A DNA stretch of 64,000 nt from Candidatus Micrarchaeia archaeon (GTDB taxonomy: Archaea; Micrarchaeota; Micrarchaeia; CABMEP01), in assembly GCA_038881595.1 (NCBI GenBank), contig JAVZPM010000001.1, forward strand, positions 256,001 through 320,000, in the 5' to 3' direction. This document shows positions 49,509-59,715 of the stretch, in pieces (position 1 is the stretch's first letter; the number at the start of each line of letters is the position of its first letter). The notes beneath the pieces were generated by a model. It was not told the DNA's origin. It made no database searches and saw nothing but the letters and a program-made list of their open reading frames with translations. Position numbers and translations under genes: made by a program.

Positions 49509-51254
49509 ATGGATCAAAAAGATCAGATTACACAAGTTACTTCACAAGAAATTCCTCAAATTAAAAAAGATCAAGTGATTTCTGCAGAGATAAAATCAAC
49601 AAAAATAACTGCAGGTGTTCAAGAAATAGAGAGTAAAGAGATATTCTCAGAATTCCGTGAGCACTCTGTAGCAGAATTCTTTAAGAAAAATAGGCAGATG
49701 CTTGGCTTGTCTGGTAAGGTTAGATCGCTTACAACCCTTGTTCATGAATATGTAACAAATAGTTTAGATGCTTGTGAAGAAGCAAAGATTCTTCCAAATA
49801 TATATGTTAAAATTGATAATCTTCCAAATGGACATATAAGACTTTATGTGGAGGACAACGGACCCGGAATACCTAAGCAATTTATAGGAAAGGCGCTTGG
49901 TCAGATGCTTGCAGGCACTAAATTCCACAGATTTGTTCAACAAAGAGGTCAGCAAGGTATTGGTGCTACAGCTGGAACAATGTATGCTCAAATAACAACC
50001 GGAAAACCGATACATTGTCGTTCAAGTATTGGAGATAATACCATATATGAATGTGACATTGCAGTTGATCTTAAAACAAATACTCCAAAAATCTCAAATA
50101 TGGTTGAATACACTGGAAAATACAGAGGCTTGACTATAATCGGAGAATTTGGAGAAGTCAAATATGATAAAAGTGAGTATTCCCCATTTGAATATCTCAA
50201 AGCAACCGCACTAGCCAATCCACACGCTCAAATAACAATTGTAGAGCCAGATGGTCAGAGAACAGTATTTCAAAGAGCTCATGAAGAAGTACCTGAGAGA
50301 CCAAAACCAGCACAGCCACATCCATTAGGAATTACAACTGATGACTTGATCAATTATGCCCATCATTCTAAAGAAAGAAAGCTTTCATCATTCCTTACTG
50401 CAAACTTTGCAAGAGTATCAGATTCAAAGATAGAAGAGTTAAAGAAATTATGTCCATCAATAAACTTTGACAAGATGCCTAGAGAGCTTAAGTGGGAGGA
50501 AGCAGAAGCAATAGTAAATGCATTTAAACAGATAAAATGGATCGCCCCTTCAGCTGATCCATTAAGGCCTATAGGAAAGGAACAAATAGAAAAAGCACTT
50601 AAAAACGTGCTTCAACCTGAATTTATTTCTGTTTCTGAGCGAAGCCCAAAGGTATTTAGGGGAGGAGTTCCTTTCTTAGTTGAAGTAGGGATTGCATATA
50701 AAGGAAAGGCTGGAAGGCAAAAATCAGATGGTACAGTTGGATTGGACGTAAAGAGATTTGCAAATAGGGCTCCGCTTCTTTTTGATGCAGGTGGATGCGC
50801 AACTATGGAGGCGGTTAAGACAATTGATTGGAGTAGATACGGATTAAAAGATATTGAAAATATGCCTGTAACTTTATTCATGAATTTAGTTTCAGTTCAC
50901 GTTCCATATACTAGTGCAGGTAAGCAGGCAATCGCAGCAGAAGAGGAAATAGTTGAAGAATTTAGATATGCAATCATGGAGGTTGCGAGAGATCTTGATC
51001 GCTATTTATCAGGAAAAATAAGAGAGGAACAAAGAGAGGCAAGAAAGAAAGCAATAATGAGGTATGTTAAACAAATATCATTAGATCTTCCTTATCTTGC
51101 AGGTGAGAAAACTCCAGAAGAACTTGAGAAGAAGCTTATAAACATAATCGAATCTAAATATTCAAAAATATTTGAAAAGGGAAGGTTAACTAGCGAAGAA
51201 GAAAAGCAAATTAAAAAGCAGAAAGAAGAGGAGGAAGAAGATATAGAAGAATAA
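49509..51254 (+). CDS. top6B: DNA topoisomerase VI subunit B
   Basis: SVAEFF.KN, E.VTNSLDA, DNGPGI, RGQQGIG, RFANRAPL, VPYTSAGK. Confidence 0.97.
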   Translation: MDQKDQITQVTSQEIPQIKKDQVISAEIKSTKITAGVQEIESKEIFSEFREHSVAEFFKKNRQMLGLSGKVRSLTTLVHEYVTNSLDACEEAKILPNIYVKIDNLPNGHIRLYVEDNGPGIPKQFIGKALGQMLAGTKFHRFVQQRGQQGIGATAGTMYAQITTGKPIHCRSSIGDNTIYECDIAVDLKTNTPKISNMVEYTGKYRGLTIIGEFGEVKYDKSEYSPFEYLKATALANPHAQITIVEPDGQRTVFQRAHEEVPERPKPAQPHPLGITTDDLINYAHHSKERKLSSFLTANFARVSDSKIEELKKLCPSINFDKMPRELKWEEAEAIVNAFKQIKWIAPSADPLRPIGKEQIEKALKNVLQPEFISVSERSPKVFRGGVPFLVEVGIAYKGKAGRQKSDGTVGLDVKRFANRAPLLFDAGGCATMEAVKTIDWSRYGLKDIENMPVTLFMNLVSVHVPYTSAGKQAIAAEEEIVEEFRYAIMEVARDLDRYLSGKIREEQREARKKAIMRYVKQISLDLPYLAGEKTPEELEKKLINIIESKYSKIFEKGRLTSEEEKQIKKQKEEEEEDIEE

Positions 51255-51282
51255 TTTATTAGTTTAGGATAAAGGTGATTTT

Positions 51283-52428
51283 ATGGCAAAGAAAAAGGAG
51301 GTTCAGATTGAAAAATCTAATGCACCTCTTACAAAAGAAGATTTAATTGTAAAAGAAAAATTAGAAATGTTAGGAAAACAGTTAATTAGAGAAATCGATA
51401 ATGGTCAATCACCTTATTTTGAAACTCTATTGAGAGGAAAGTCAAACGTACTCCATAGTGAAGAAGGTTATTTATATTTAGGTGATAAGAAAGAAAAAAG
51501 AGTTTTCCTTAATGTCGCACAAGCAAAGAAATTTATGCAGACTATAGCAGTAGCTGCTAAATGTAAGAAATTTAAAGAGGAGAATCTTCATACTTCAATC
51601 AGAGGTCTTTTCTATCAGTTGAAATTTACTTTAGGTGAAGACTTAGACGAGGAACTTTTTGAAGAACAATCAGAGTCTAATGAACTTGTTGAAGATCTCG
51701 AAGTTGCTCTTTCACTTAAAAGAGAGGATCTAAATTTAAGTACAGATAGAAAAGGTGTAGTCGCTGGAAATCTTATTATACTTGACAAATTCGGTGGAGA
51801 AGAAATAGAAATAGATTGTACAAAACAAGGTCGTTCCGGATGGATGATTCCTTCCGATGTAGATAATGGAATGGAATTTATAGATGTGGATGTAGATTAT
51901 GTTCTTGTAGTAGAAAAAGATGCACTTTGGCAAAGATTGAATGAAGATAAATTCTGGAAAAAAGAAAATTGTCTTATAATTACACCAAAGGGTCAAGCAT
52001 CAAGAGGGTGTAGAAGACTTATAAGAAAGTTAGCGGATAGAAATATTCCTATATATTGCTTTATGGATTGTGATGCATGGGGATGGTATATATATTGGAC
52101 AATAAAGACAGGAAGTATGAATCTTGCCTATTTGGGTAAAAATATTGCAACACCGGAGGCGAAATTCATAGGTGTAACAATGTCTGATATTGAAAGATAT
52201 GACTTTTTGAAGAAACTAACAATAAATGCAAAAGAAGTAGATCTTAAAAGAGCAGAAGAACTTCTTTCTTATCCTTGGATCAGCAAGCATCAAGATTGGG
52301 TTAAAGAATTGAAGACAGTTCTAGATACAAAGAAAAAGATAGAGCAGGACGCATTGCAAGGACCTCGTTTAACATTTGTTGGAGAGTACGTAAGGGAAAA
52401 AATCGAGAAAAAGCAGTTCTTATACTGA
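51283..52428 (+). CDS. top6A: DNA topoisomerase VI subunit A
   Basis: SIRGLFY catalytic Tyr, Q.ES, VVEKDA, D.D..G, KIEQ. Confidence 0.96.
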   Translation: MAKKKEVQIEKSNAPLTKEDLIVKEKLEMLGKQLIREIDNGQSPYFETLLRGKSNVLHSEEGYLYLGDKKEKRVFLNVAQAKKFMQTIAVAAKCKKFKEENLHTSIRGLFYQLKFTLGEDLDEELFEEQSESNELVEDLEVALSLKREDLNLSTDRKGVVAGNLIILDKFGGEEIEIDCTKQGRSGWMIPSDVDNGMEFIDVDVDYVLVVEKDALWQRLNEDKFWKKENCLIITPKGQASRGCRRLIRKLADRNIPIYCFMDCDAWGWYIYWTIKTGSMNLAYLGKNIATPEAKFIGVTMSDIERYDFLKKLTINAKEVDLKRAEELLSYPWISKHQDWVKELKTVLDTKKKIEQDALQGPRLTFVGEYVREKIEKKQFLY

Positions 52429-52650
52429 AACAAAAATATAAATACGTTCCATACCTACATAGTTATATACTGAGGATTTTATGCAATATTGTTTCTTTTT
52501 TTCCATTTTATATTTTTTTATTATGTTATACTACAAAATGTGTTTTTAATATTTTAAAAATACAATATATAGTATAATTTTTATTCGTTTATTGCCGTAT
52601 TTTCAGAAATTTATAGAAAACTTTTTAAAGTTCATCGCTTCTTATATCTT

Positions 52651-53964
52651 ATGGTAGTCCGTTCTCTTCGTGATTCAACTCTGCTAATTGCAGAGGCAAA
52701 TTCTTTTTTGGATCGTTTAGAACGACCAAAGACATTAAAAGAAATCGAAAGCAATCTTCATTCTTTAACCCACATTAAAGAAGAAATGTTAGCTGCAGGT
52801 TTTAATGCAACTTTTCCTGAATTAATGCTTAATATAAAAACAGAATTAGCTGATGATGAAATTTCTTCAGATCTTTCAAAACAATTAAGAATTTTAAGAG
52901 AATTTGCGAATCTTAAAAAGTATACTCTTAATAGAGTAAAGGTTGCAATCGCTTCACATAATATTTTATATAACATGTTTCAGAGAGGAACAGTATATGC
53001 TTTTGCGGACTATCTTCCATATAATGGCCAATACTTATATGAGCTTATCTATTTAGGTGAACCAGCAATACGTGCATATAATGCGTTGAATATAATTCTA
53101 TCACAGAAAAAAGAAAATAAAAGTGGAGAATATACAGTGGTCATTTCTGTTGACGGAAAAAAACAAAAGATAAAACTGGATTCAAATCAAAATCTCGGTG
53201 AGAGAGTAAGAAGAGTGTATGGAGAGGGAGCTACAATACTAAGCATTACTAAAAGAAATACTGAAAAGCCATTAGTAAATGGAAGAAGCAATAGAATAGC
53301 GATCGCGTCAGCATATGCAAGATTAGCTGCTAGTTTAGTATATCCAAGATTAAGCAATAGCCAATTGTTTACAAACGAAAAACATAAAATTTATTCATCA
53401 ATCCTTTCAAAACATGGATTATCCTCAGATACTAGAATAGATTTATTAGATGGAAGAGAAGATCTTGAAGATGAATTATATTCTAAGAACCTTCTCTTTG
53501 AAGAAAATAGTATAAAATTTTTACACCCCGATGTAGTAAATGCGATTACAAAGAATAGAAAAAGATTCAATAAAGAAACAGTTAAAGAGGCGGAGAGACT
53601 TCTTAGTGAAGATGTTTTTTATTTCTTTATGGTAGAGTCAAAGAAAGCAAGAACAGCGTATCCATTATTTAAAGGAATTTCAAGTGAAATCGATGAGCGC
53701 TTTAACTTTATGAATAAAGTGATTGGAAACGATTCGGTTTCTTTGATAAAAGAGAAACTTACTCTTGAATCTTTAGTTCCAACTTCAAGTAAGGAATTAG
53801 CTGCAGTTTTGTTATTAAACTCTGGAAGAAAGAAAGAGTGGTGCATGGAGAAATTTGGTCTTTCTGAAGCAGAACTAGATGAAGCCAAATCAAAGTTAGC
53901 TCCTTATCTGAAGAACGTCTCATCACAAGCTAGAGAGTTTCTTGATCTGTTAAAAAAGAAATAA
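52651..53964 (+). CDS. Conserved archaeal hypothetical protein (DUF530-like)
   Basis: STLLIAEANSFLD, LKKYTLNRVKVAIASH, YLPYNG.Y resemble DUF530 as recalled. Confidence 0.6.
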   Translation: MVVRSLRDSTLLIAEANSFLDRLERPKTLKEIESNLHSLTHIKEEMLAAGFNATFPELMLNIKTELADDEISSDLSKQLRILREFANLKKYTLNRVKVAIASHNILYNMFQRGTVYAFADYLPYNGQYLYELIYLGEPAIRAYNALNIILSQKKENKSGEYTVVISVDGKKQKIKLDSNQNLGERVRRVYGEGATILSITKRNTEKPLVNGRSNRIAIASAYARLAASLVYPRLSNSQLFTNEKHKIYSSILSKHGLSSDTRIDLLDGREDLEDELYSKNLLFEENSIKFLHPDVVNAITKNRKRFNKETVKEAERLLSEDVFYFFMVESKKARTAYPLFKGISSEIDERFNFMNKVIGNDSVSLIKEKLTLESLVPTSSKELAAVLLLNSGRKKEWCMEKFGLSEAELDEAKSKLAPYLKNVSSQAREFLDLLKKK

Positions 53965-54003
53965 TTCTTTTTTAAAATTTATATTTTAACGTAGGTTGGT
54001 AGC

Positions 54004-54330
54004 TTGCAAGAGAACGAAATTATAAAGAGAAAGGTTACTATTAGAGACATAGTTAACATATTAAACAGACCGTATCCCATTAAAAGAATTAGAATAAGTC
54101 AGGGTGCATACAATTTCCTTCCAAAGAAAGCTTTAAACACTTTAAATAAAATGAAAATTAAAATTGAAGTTATACCTTTGAAAAGAGGGCCGAGTATAAA
54201 GGTAGATAAAGAAAAAATAAGAATGCTTTACAAATCCAATGTCAATGCATATGAGATTTCAAAAAATTTAAAAATTCCTTTGAGAACTGTTTATTATCAT
54301 ATTAAAAGAATAAAGAAAGAAGAAAATTAA
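54004..54330 (+). CDS. Small basic protein with C-terminal HTH
   Basis: AYEISKNLKIPLRTVYYHI. Confidence 0.7.
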   Translation: MQENEIIKRKVTIRDIVNILNRPYPIKRIRISQGAYNFLPKKALNTLNKMKIKIEVIPLKRGPSIKVDKEKIRMLYKSNVNAYEISKNLKIPLRTVYYHIKRIKKEEN

Positions 54331-54468
54331 TTAGAATATATATTTATTTAAATTACTTTAAAATTATTTTATCAAATTTAAATCCATTGTAAGTGTTTTC
54401 TAACCAGTAGAGAAAATGCAAAAGAATTTAAATTTAGACGTACATTATCATATATAATACTACTTTAT

Positions 54469-54570
54469 GCCTCGGTAGCTCAGTTGGTAGAGCGTGTGGC
54501 TGTTAATCTATCTTAGTCAGATTTTAAAGCAGAAACCACAAGGTCGGAAGTTCGAGTCTTCCCCGGGGCG
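54469..54570 (+). tRNA. tRNA-Asn(GTT) with 29-nt intron at 37/38 (54506-54534)
   Basis: GCCTCGG/CCGGGGC acceptor stem; TGTGG-CTGTTA[intron]A-CCACA; exon CTGT pairs with intron GCAG as the BHB central helix. Confidence 0.93.
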
Positions 54571-54572
54571 CA

Positions 54573-55050
54573 TTATTTTTCTATTTTTATTTTATCTCCA
54601 ATTTTTATGCCATTTATTTTTGAGAAATTGGCGTTTAATTCTAGAGCATATAAAATAGGTTTATTTGGACTATATATTTTACATATTAGGTTTTTTATGA
54701 TGTAAGGTTCCATTTCAATAATTTGAATAATGTTTAGTTCTTTATCAATAAATAGTATTTCTAAAGGGATTAATGTATTCTTCATCCAAAAAGAATGGTA
54801 GTCTTCATTTTCAAAAATAAATAACATACCCTCATCTTTGCCAAGGTATGTCCTATTCATCAATCCTATGGTTCTTTCTTCTGGTGTATCTGCAATTTCT
54901 ACTTTTATTTTAATATCATTTACTATTACTTCTGTAAATCCAATCGCCTTTTCTTTTGTTTCTATATAAGATTCATAAAGTAAGAAAAAATAGCATAAAG
55001 TAAGAAAAATAGAATAAAAGCTAAAATTACAAAAATTAATATCGGTTCAT
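54573..55050 (-). pseudogene. DUF192 family gene with disrupted 5' end
   Basis: VEIADTPEERTIGLM, EGMLFIF, FWMKNT.IPL, LELNA; TM-coding 5' part out of frame at the tandem duplication 54974-55012; no in-frame start upstream of the domain. Confidence 0.75.
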
Positions 55051-55133
55051 TTATTCCTCAGATTTTATTTTCTCTGGGTATATTTTTCATTTAAAACACT
55101 TACCCGTTCATTATTTCTTTATCTCTCAATTAT

Positions 55134-56672
55134 TTATTCGATTTTATCTATTATCACTTTTTGTAGTTCAACAGGAGGAATTGCATTTGCCATTTCTATA
55201 GCAAATGAAAGCTTTGTTTCACTTTCAGATACAATTTCAAATAACGTATCTCCAGGATTAACTTTATCACCCATTTCGCAATGTAGTATTACCCCCGCTC
55301 CTTTATCTTTCGGTGCGCCAGCAACTCTAGCTATTTTATTTACATATTTGTTGTCAACATGCGATACTCTTCCTCCTTTTTCTGCTTTAATCGCATATCT
55401 ATAATGACCAATCGGAATATCATCCTCCTTTACATTTGGATTTCCACCCTGCGCCTCTATAATCTCTTTGAACTTTTCATATGCCTTGCCACTTTTTATT
55501 ATGTTAAATGCATACTCAGCACCTTTTCCAACAGGTGCCTTTCCAAGCATTTCTAAGATACTTCCAGCCATTAAACAACTTTTTTCTCTTAATTCCTCTC
55601 CATCTTTCATTTTAAGTGCTTTAAGAACTTCAAGACATTCAAGACCTGGACCTATACCAAATCCTATTGGATCAGATCCATCTGTTATGAGACATCGCGT
55701 CCTTATTCCAAGCTGTTCACTAATTTGTAGAAAATCATTTGCTAGTAATTTTCCTTCTGTTTCATTTTCAACTTTCGCACCCCTTCCTACTGGAATGTCA
55801 ACAATTAGATATTCTGCGCCAACTGCCTTTTTCTTTCCTAGAATAGATGCAAGTAAAAGACCTTTAGGGTCTAGATGCAAAGAGTTTCTTATCCTGATCA
55901 ATTTGTCATCTACCGGAGCAAGATTTATCGCACCTCCCCATGCAATACATCCATGCGTTTTAAGAACAACCTTTCTCAATTCTTCAATAGGAAGAACAAC
56001 AGGTGCAAAAACCTCAAATGTATCTGCAGTCCCGGATGCAGATGAAATAGCTCTCGAAGAAGTTTTCGGAATATACACTCCAGCAGCTGCAAGAATAGGG
56101 ACGATTAACATTGTGGTTCTGTTTCCTGCGACTCCTCCAATACAGTGTTTATCTGCAATTGGATGAACACCAAGATCTAACGTTGTTCCTGTTTCAACCA
56201 TTGCCTTAGCAAGAGAAACTGTTTCTCCTATTCCAAATCCATTTATATAAGCAGCAGCAATAAATGATGCGAGTTCACCTTCACTTAATCTATTTTCAAC
56301 TGTTTCTTTTACTATAGTGTATATCTCGTTTTCAGTAAGTGATTCCCTATCCATTTTTTTCTTTATATATTCTAATGATTTTGGAACTGGAATGTGTTGT
56401 ATTTCTACAATATCGCCATCTTTAACTTTCAGTTGTTTCGCTACATCTTTGTAAATTGCCACATCTCCTTTCTTGACCATTGTTTCTGATGTATCTATTA
56501 TAGATATCACTTCTTTTCCTTTGTATTTTATACTTACTCTGTCAGATATGTAAATATCATTATAAGTTGCTTCCTCCTCATTAAGAATGGCTATATTTTT
56601 TCCAGCTTCTATATCTAGCACTCTTACTTTGAATCTATGGATTCTGTGTGGAATTTCTTTGTTTATTTTCAT
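55134..56672 (-). CDS. AMP phosphorylase (thymidine phosphorylase family)
   Basis: DKHCIGGVAGNRTT, PKTSSRAISSASGTAD, N-terminal extension typical of AMPp; adjacent to R15P isomerase. Confidence 0.93.
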   Translation of the reverse strand: MKINKEIPHRIHRFKVRVLDIEAGKNIAILNEEEATYNDIYISDRVSIKYKGKEVISIIDTSETMVKKGDVAIYKDVAKQLKVKDGDIVEIQHIPVPKSLEYIKKKMDRESLTENEIYTIVKETVENRLSEGELASFIAAAYINGFGIGETVSLAKAMVETGTTLDLGVHPIADKHCIGGVAGNRTTMLIVPILAAAGVYIPKTSSRAISSASGTADTFEVFAPVVLPIEELRKVVLKTHGCIAWGGAINLAPVDDKLIRIRNSLHLDPKGLLLASILGKKKAVGAEYLIVDIPVGRGAKVENETEGKLLANDFLQISEQLGIRTRCLITDGSDPIGFGIGPGLECLEVLKALKMKDGEELREKSCLMAGSILEMLGKAPVGKGAEYAFNIIKSGKAYEKFKEIIEAQGGNPNVKEDDIPIGHYRYAIKAEKGGRVSHVDNKYVNKIARVAGAPKDKGAGVILHCEMGDKVNPGDTLFEIVSESETKLSFAIEMANAIPPVELQKVIIDKIE

Positions 56673-56699
56673 CTTCTCACCATGGATGATTATTAATTA

Positions 56700-57605
56700 T
56701 TATTCATTTTGCAAATATCTTTCAACCGCATTCATTATATTCTGTGGAGGTATTATACCTAATTCAGTAATATAAGCTCTTATGTATGATGGGGGAGTAA
56801 CATCAAAAGCAGGATTAATAACTTTTAATCCTTTTATTTTTTTTGCAAGAATTTCTTTCGGATCTCTCATTTCTATTTCTGTCATTTTTCCGAACTTAGT
56901 GAGTGGGTCAAACTTGTATATCTGAGTAGCAGAATAGAACGGAACCTTCATGTCATTTGCTACAGTTGCAATAGTAGATGTTCCTATCTTATTGTATAAA
57001 GATCCATCTGTAGCTATAGCATCTGCACCAACGATTACCATGTTAACATCTTTCATAATATGTCGAACAGCTGAATCAATTATAAGGGTTACATCTACAC
57101 CAGCAGAGGCAAGCTGCTTTGCAGTGATGTGGCCCTGATAGAGCGGTCGCGTTTCCGTGCAGTATACTTTTATTTTCTTTTTCTTATTTGCCTGTATAAG
57201 AATGCTGTTAACTGTTGTACTATGACAATGAGTTAAGATAACTTGGTTATCCCAAATCATTTCTGATCCGTATTCAGTTATTTTGAGAAAAGATTCGGTA
57301 AACATTTTGTCATAGATCTCTATAGTTTTTTCTGCGATTTTCTTTATTTCTTCCACATCTTTTCCTTTCTCAAGCCTTGCAAAAAAGAATCTAAGAGTGT
57401 TTCTTGCCATTGGTTCAGTGGGTCTGAGTGAAAGAAGTTTCTCACTTGTCTTTTCTATCTCATTTAGAATCTCTTCTCTTGTTCTTGCATTACTTTTCCG
57501 AATACTAATTACCAATGCCTTTGCAGTAGCTTCTGCAACTCTTCTTGCACCTTGGATCTTTAACTCTTTTATATCACGCATTATTCTTTTAACTTCTATT
57601 GCCAT
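56700..57605 (-). CDS. Ribose-1,5-bisphosphate isomerase (eIF-2B family)
   Basis: IQGA..VA, RPTEP, THCHS, ETRP..QG, VGADA, NKIGT, NPAFDVTP. Confidence 0.9.
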   Translation of the reverse strand: MAIEVKRIMRDIKELKIQGARRVAEATAKALVISIRKSNARTREEILNEIEKTSEKLLSLRPTEPMARNTLRFFFARLEKGKDVEEIKKIAEKTIEIYDKMFTESFLKITEYGSEMIWDNQVILTHCHSTTVNSILIQANKKKKIKVYCTETRPLYQGHITAKQLASAGVDVTLIIDSAVRHIMKDVNMVIVGADAIATDGSLYNKIGTSTIATVANDMKVPFYSATQIYKFDPLTKFGKMTEIEMRDPKEILAKKIKGLKVINPAFDVTPPSYIRAYITELGIIPPQNIMNAVERYLQNE

Positions 57606-57705
57606 AATTCTATTCTTTCAGATATAATTTTAAACCTTAACTGTTTAAAAAAACGAAGCTTTAAAATTTAAATGTATATAATATTTAATAAGCGACCGTG
57701 GTTTT

Positions 57706-58842
57706 ATGGTTGAATCCCTTAAACAAATTGTGGACGTTCCTTTAAGTGGAGAAATGAATTTTCAAAATTTTGATGATCTTTCAGAAGATGATAAAGAACT
57801 TCTTAAATTTTATGAGTCATCCAAGCCTAAAATATATGTTTTAGGTATGGGTGGAAGCGGTAGCAATACTGTGAATAGATTATATCAAATAGGGATCAAA
57901 GGAGCAAATATAATTGCAATGAATACCGATGTACAACATCTTCTTCATATTAAAGCAGATAAAAAAATATTATTAGGAAAAACAACCACCAGAGGAATAG
58001 GTGCAGGTAGTGATCCAGAAGTCGGAGAAGCAGCTGCAACAGAATCTCTTGAAGACATTAAGCGTGCAATTTCTGATGCTTCTTTAGTGTTTGTAACTTG
58101 TGGCTTAGGTGGTGGAACAGGAACAGGCTCTGCTCCAGTAGCAGCAAAGGTTGCTAAAGAAATGGGTGCTTTAGTTGTGGCAGTCGTAACTCTTCCATTC
58201 ACTTCAGAAGGAGAAAAGAGAAGACAAAATGCCATGAAGGGTTTAGAAAAACTAAAGAAATCTGTTGATACTCTTATTGTAATACCTAATGACAAGCTTC
58301 TTGCAGTGGTGCCAGATCTTCCTTTAGATGCTGCATTTAGAGTTTCAGATGAAGTGCTTGCAAAATCTGTCAAAGGAATAACTGAACTGATTACTGTTTC
58401 AGGCCTTATTAATCTAGATCTTGCAGATCTTAAAACAATTCTAAAGGATGGCGGTTATGCAATGATTGGAGTTGGAGAATCCAGCGTTGATTCTTCTTAT
58501 GATGAAAGAGCACTTCTCGCTGCCAATACAGCTCTTAAAAGCCCACTTCTAGATGTTGACATATCAACTTCAAATAGGGCGATTATTAATGTTGTTGGTG
58601 GAGAGGATATGACATTAAGAGAAGCTGAACTTATAGCAAGAGAAGTATCTAAGCATATAGCAAAGGATTCCCATATAATCTGGGGTGCAAGAGTTGATAA
58701 ATCTATGAAAAGGTCTCAGATTCAAGTTTTGGTTGTACTTGTTGGTGTTAATGCAGGAAATTTTAATGGAAAAACAGATAAGGTAAAAGTTGCTGAGGAA
58801 CTGGAAGAAATAGATCTAAATGATCTAGATCTTGCATTGTAA
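57706..58842 (+). CDS. ftsZ: Cell division protein FtsZ
   Basis: GGSGSN, NTD, GLGGGTGTG, NLDLAD. Confidence 0.97.
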   Translation: MVESLKQIVDVPLSGEMNFQNFDDLSEDDKELLKFYESSKPKIYVLGMGGSGSNTVNRLYQIGIKGANIIAMNTDVQHLLHIKADKKILLGKTTTRGIGAGSDPEVGEAAATESLEDIKRAISDASLVFVTCGLGGGTGTGSAPVAAKVAKEMGALVVAVVTLPFTSEGEKRRQNAMKGLEKLKKSVDTLIVIPNDKLLAVVPDLPLDAAFRVSDEVLAKSVKGITELITVSGLINLDLADLKTILKDGGYAMIGVGESSVDSSYDERALLAANTALKSPLLDVDISTSNRAIINVVGGEDMTLREAELIAREVSKHIAKDSHIIWGARVDKSMKRSQIQVLVVLVGVNAGNFNGKTDKVKVAEELEEIDLNDLDLAL

Positions 58843-58983
58843 GAAAAAATTCCGATTTTTTTGAGATTAAGCACATATTTTTATTTCTTTTTATTATATA
58901 CTATTATATCTTAATGTCTATTTATAATTGTAAATGGTTATGAATAGAAATATTTGTATTCAATCTATTTTAAAGGTGTTAAG

Positions 58984-59169
58984 ATGTCAATTGTTAAAGG
59001 ATTGAAGGAGTTTTATGATAAAGCAGTATATGTATGGAGAGCAAGCAAGAAACCTTCACAGAAAGAATTAAACGAAAATCTTAAGATCGTATTGTTGGGA
59101 ATTATAATATTAGGGGTAATAGGTTTTATAATATCAATAATATTTGGTTTCTTACAATTTTCACAATGA
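58984..59169 (+). CDS. secE: Preprotein translocase SecE/Sec61gamma
   Basis: KKPSQKE, LGIIILGVIGFII; conserved ftsZ-secE-spt5 order. Confidence 0.92.
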   Translation: MSIVKGLKEFYDKAVYVWRASKKPSQKELNENLKIVLLGIIILGVIGFIISIIFGFLQFSQ

Positions 59170-59182
59170 ATTGGGTGGATTT

Positions 59183-59629
59183 ATGATATTTGCATATAGG
59201 GTAACTTCAGGACAGGAGCACATAGTCTTAGAGATGCTTACACACAAAGCTGAAAAGATGAAGGATTCTATAGGTGCAATAGTAAGATTTCCGGAAGTAA
59301 AAGGATATATATTCATAGAATCATCTGATATCTCTGCAGCAAAGACTATTTCTCAAGGTATTAGACATATAAAAGGAATGATTTCAAAACCAGTCGATCT
59401 TAATGAAATGACCAAGCTTATAGAAGAAGGTGTGCAATCAGTTAAGCTCGGAAAGGGAGATATAATTGAATTTACCTCAGGACCATTCAAGGGTGAAAGA
59501 GGAAAAATAATGAGAATAGATGAAACAAAAGATACAATAACTGTAGAGCTTATAGATGTTGCAGTTTCTGTTCCAGTAACAGCTAAGATAAATACAGTAA
59601 AGATAATACAAAAAGCAGAAGAAGAGTGA
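59183..59629 (+). CDS. spt5: Transcription elongation factor Spt5/NusG
   Basis: VTSGQE, KGYIFIE, KOW motif GDIIEFTSGPFKG. Confidence 0.95.
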   Translation: MIFAYRVTSGQEHIVLEMLTHKAEKMKDSIGAIVRFPEVKGYIFIESSDISAAKTISQGIRHIKGMISKPVDLNEMTKLIEEGVQSVKLGKGDIIEFTSGPFKGERGKIMRIDETKDTITVELIDVAVSVPVTAKINTVKIIQKAEEE

Positions 59630-59715
59630 TCTATTTAAACTAATATTTATAGAAAGCTAGACGATGGCTAAATATCTAGTAAATAAAAAGTTAGAATTAG
59701 ACAATAGGTGAGTAT

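Noticed and set aside
55058..55060. In-frame TGA as evidence of stop-codon recoding
   Set aside because: TGA terminates conserved genes here (eif2g, top6A, spt5, rpl11); the DUF192 gene has other lesions
55468..56166. 232-aa plus-strand ORF
   Set aside because: Antisense to AMP phosphorylase; no recognisable motifs
56700..57605. eIF-2B subunit or methylthioribose-1-phosphate isomerase
   Set aside because: RPTEP and THCHS motifs plus adjacency to AMP phosphorylase favour R15P isomerase
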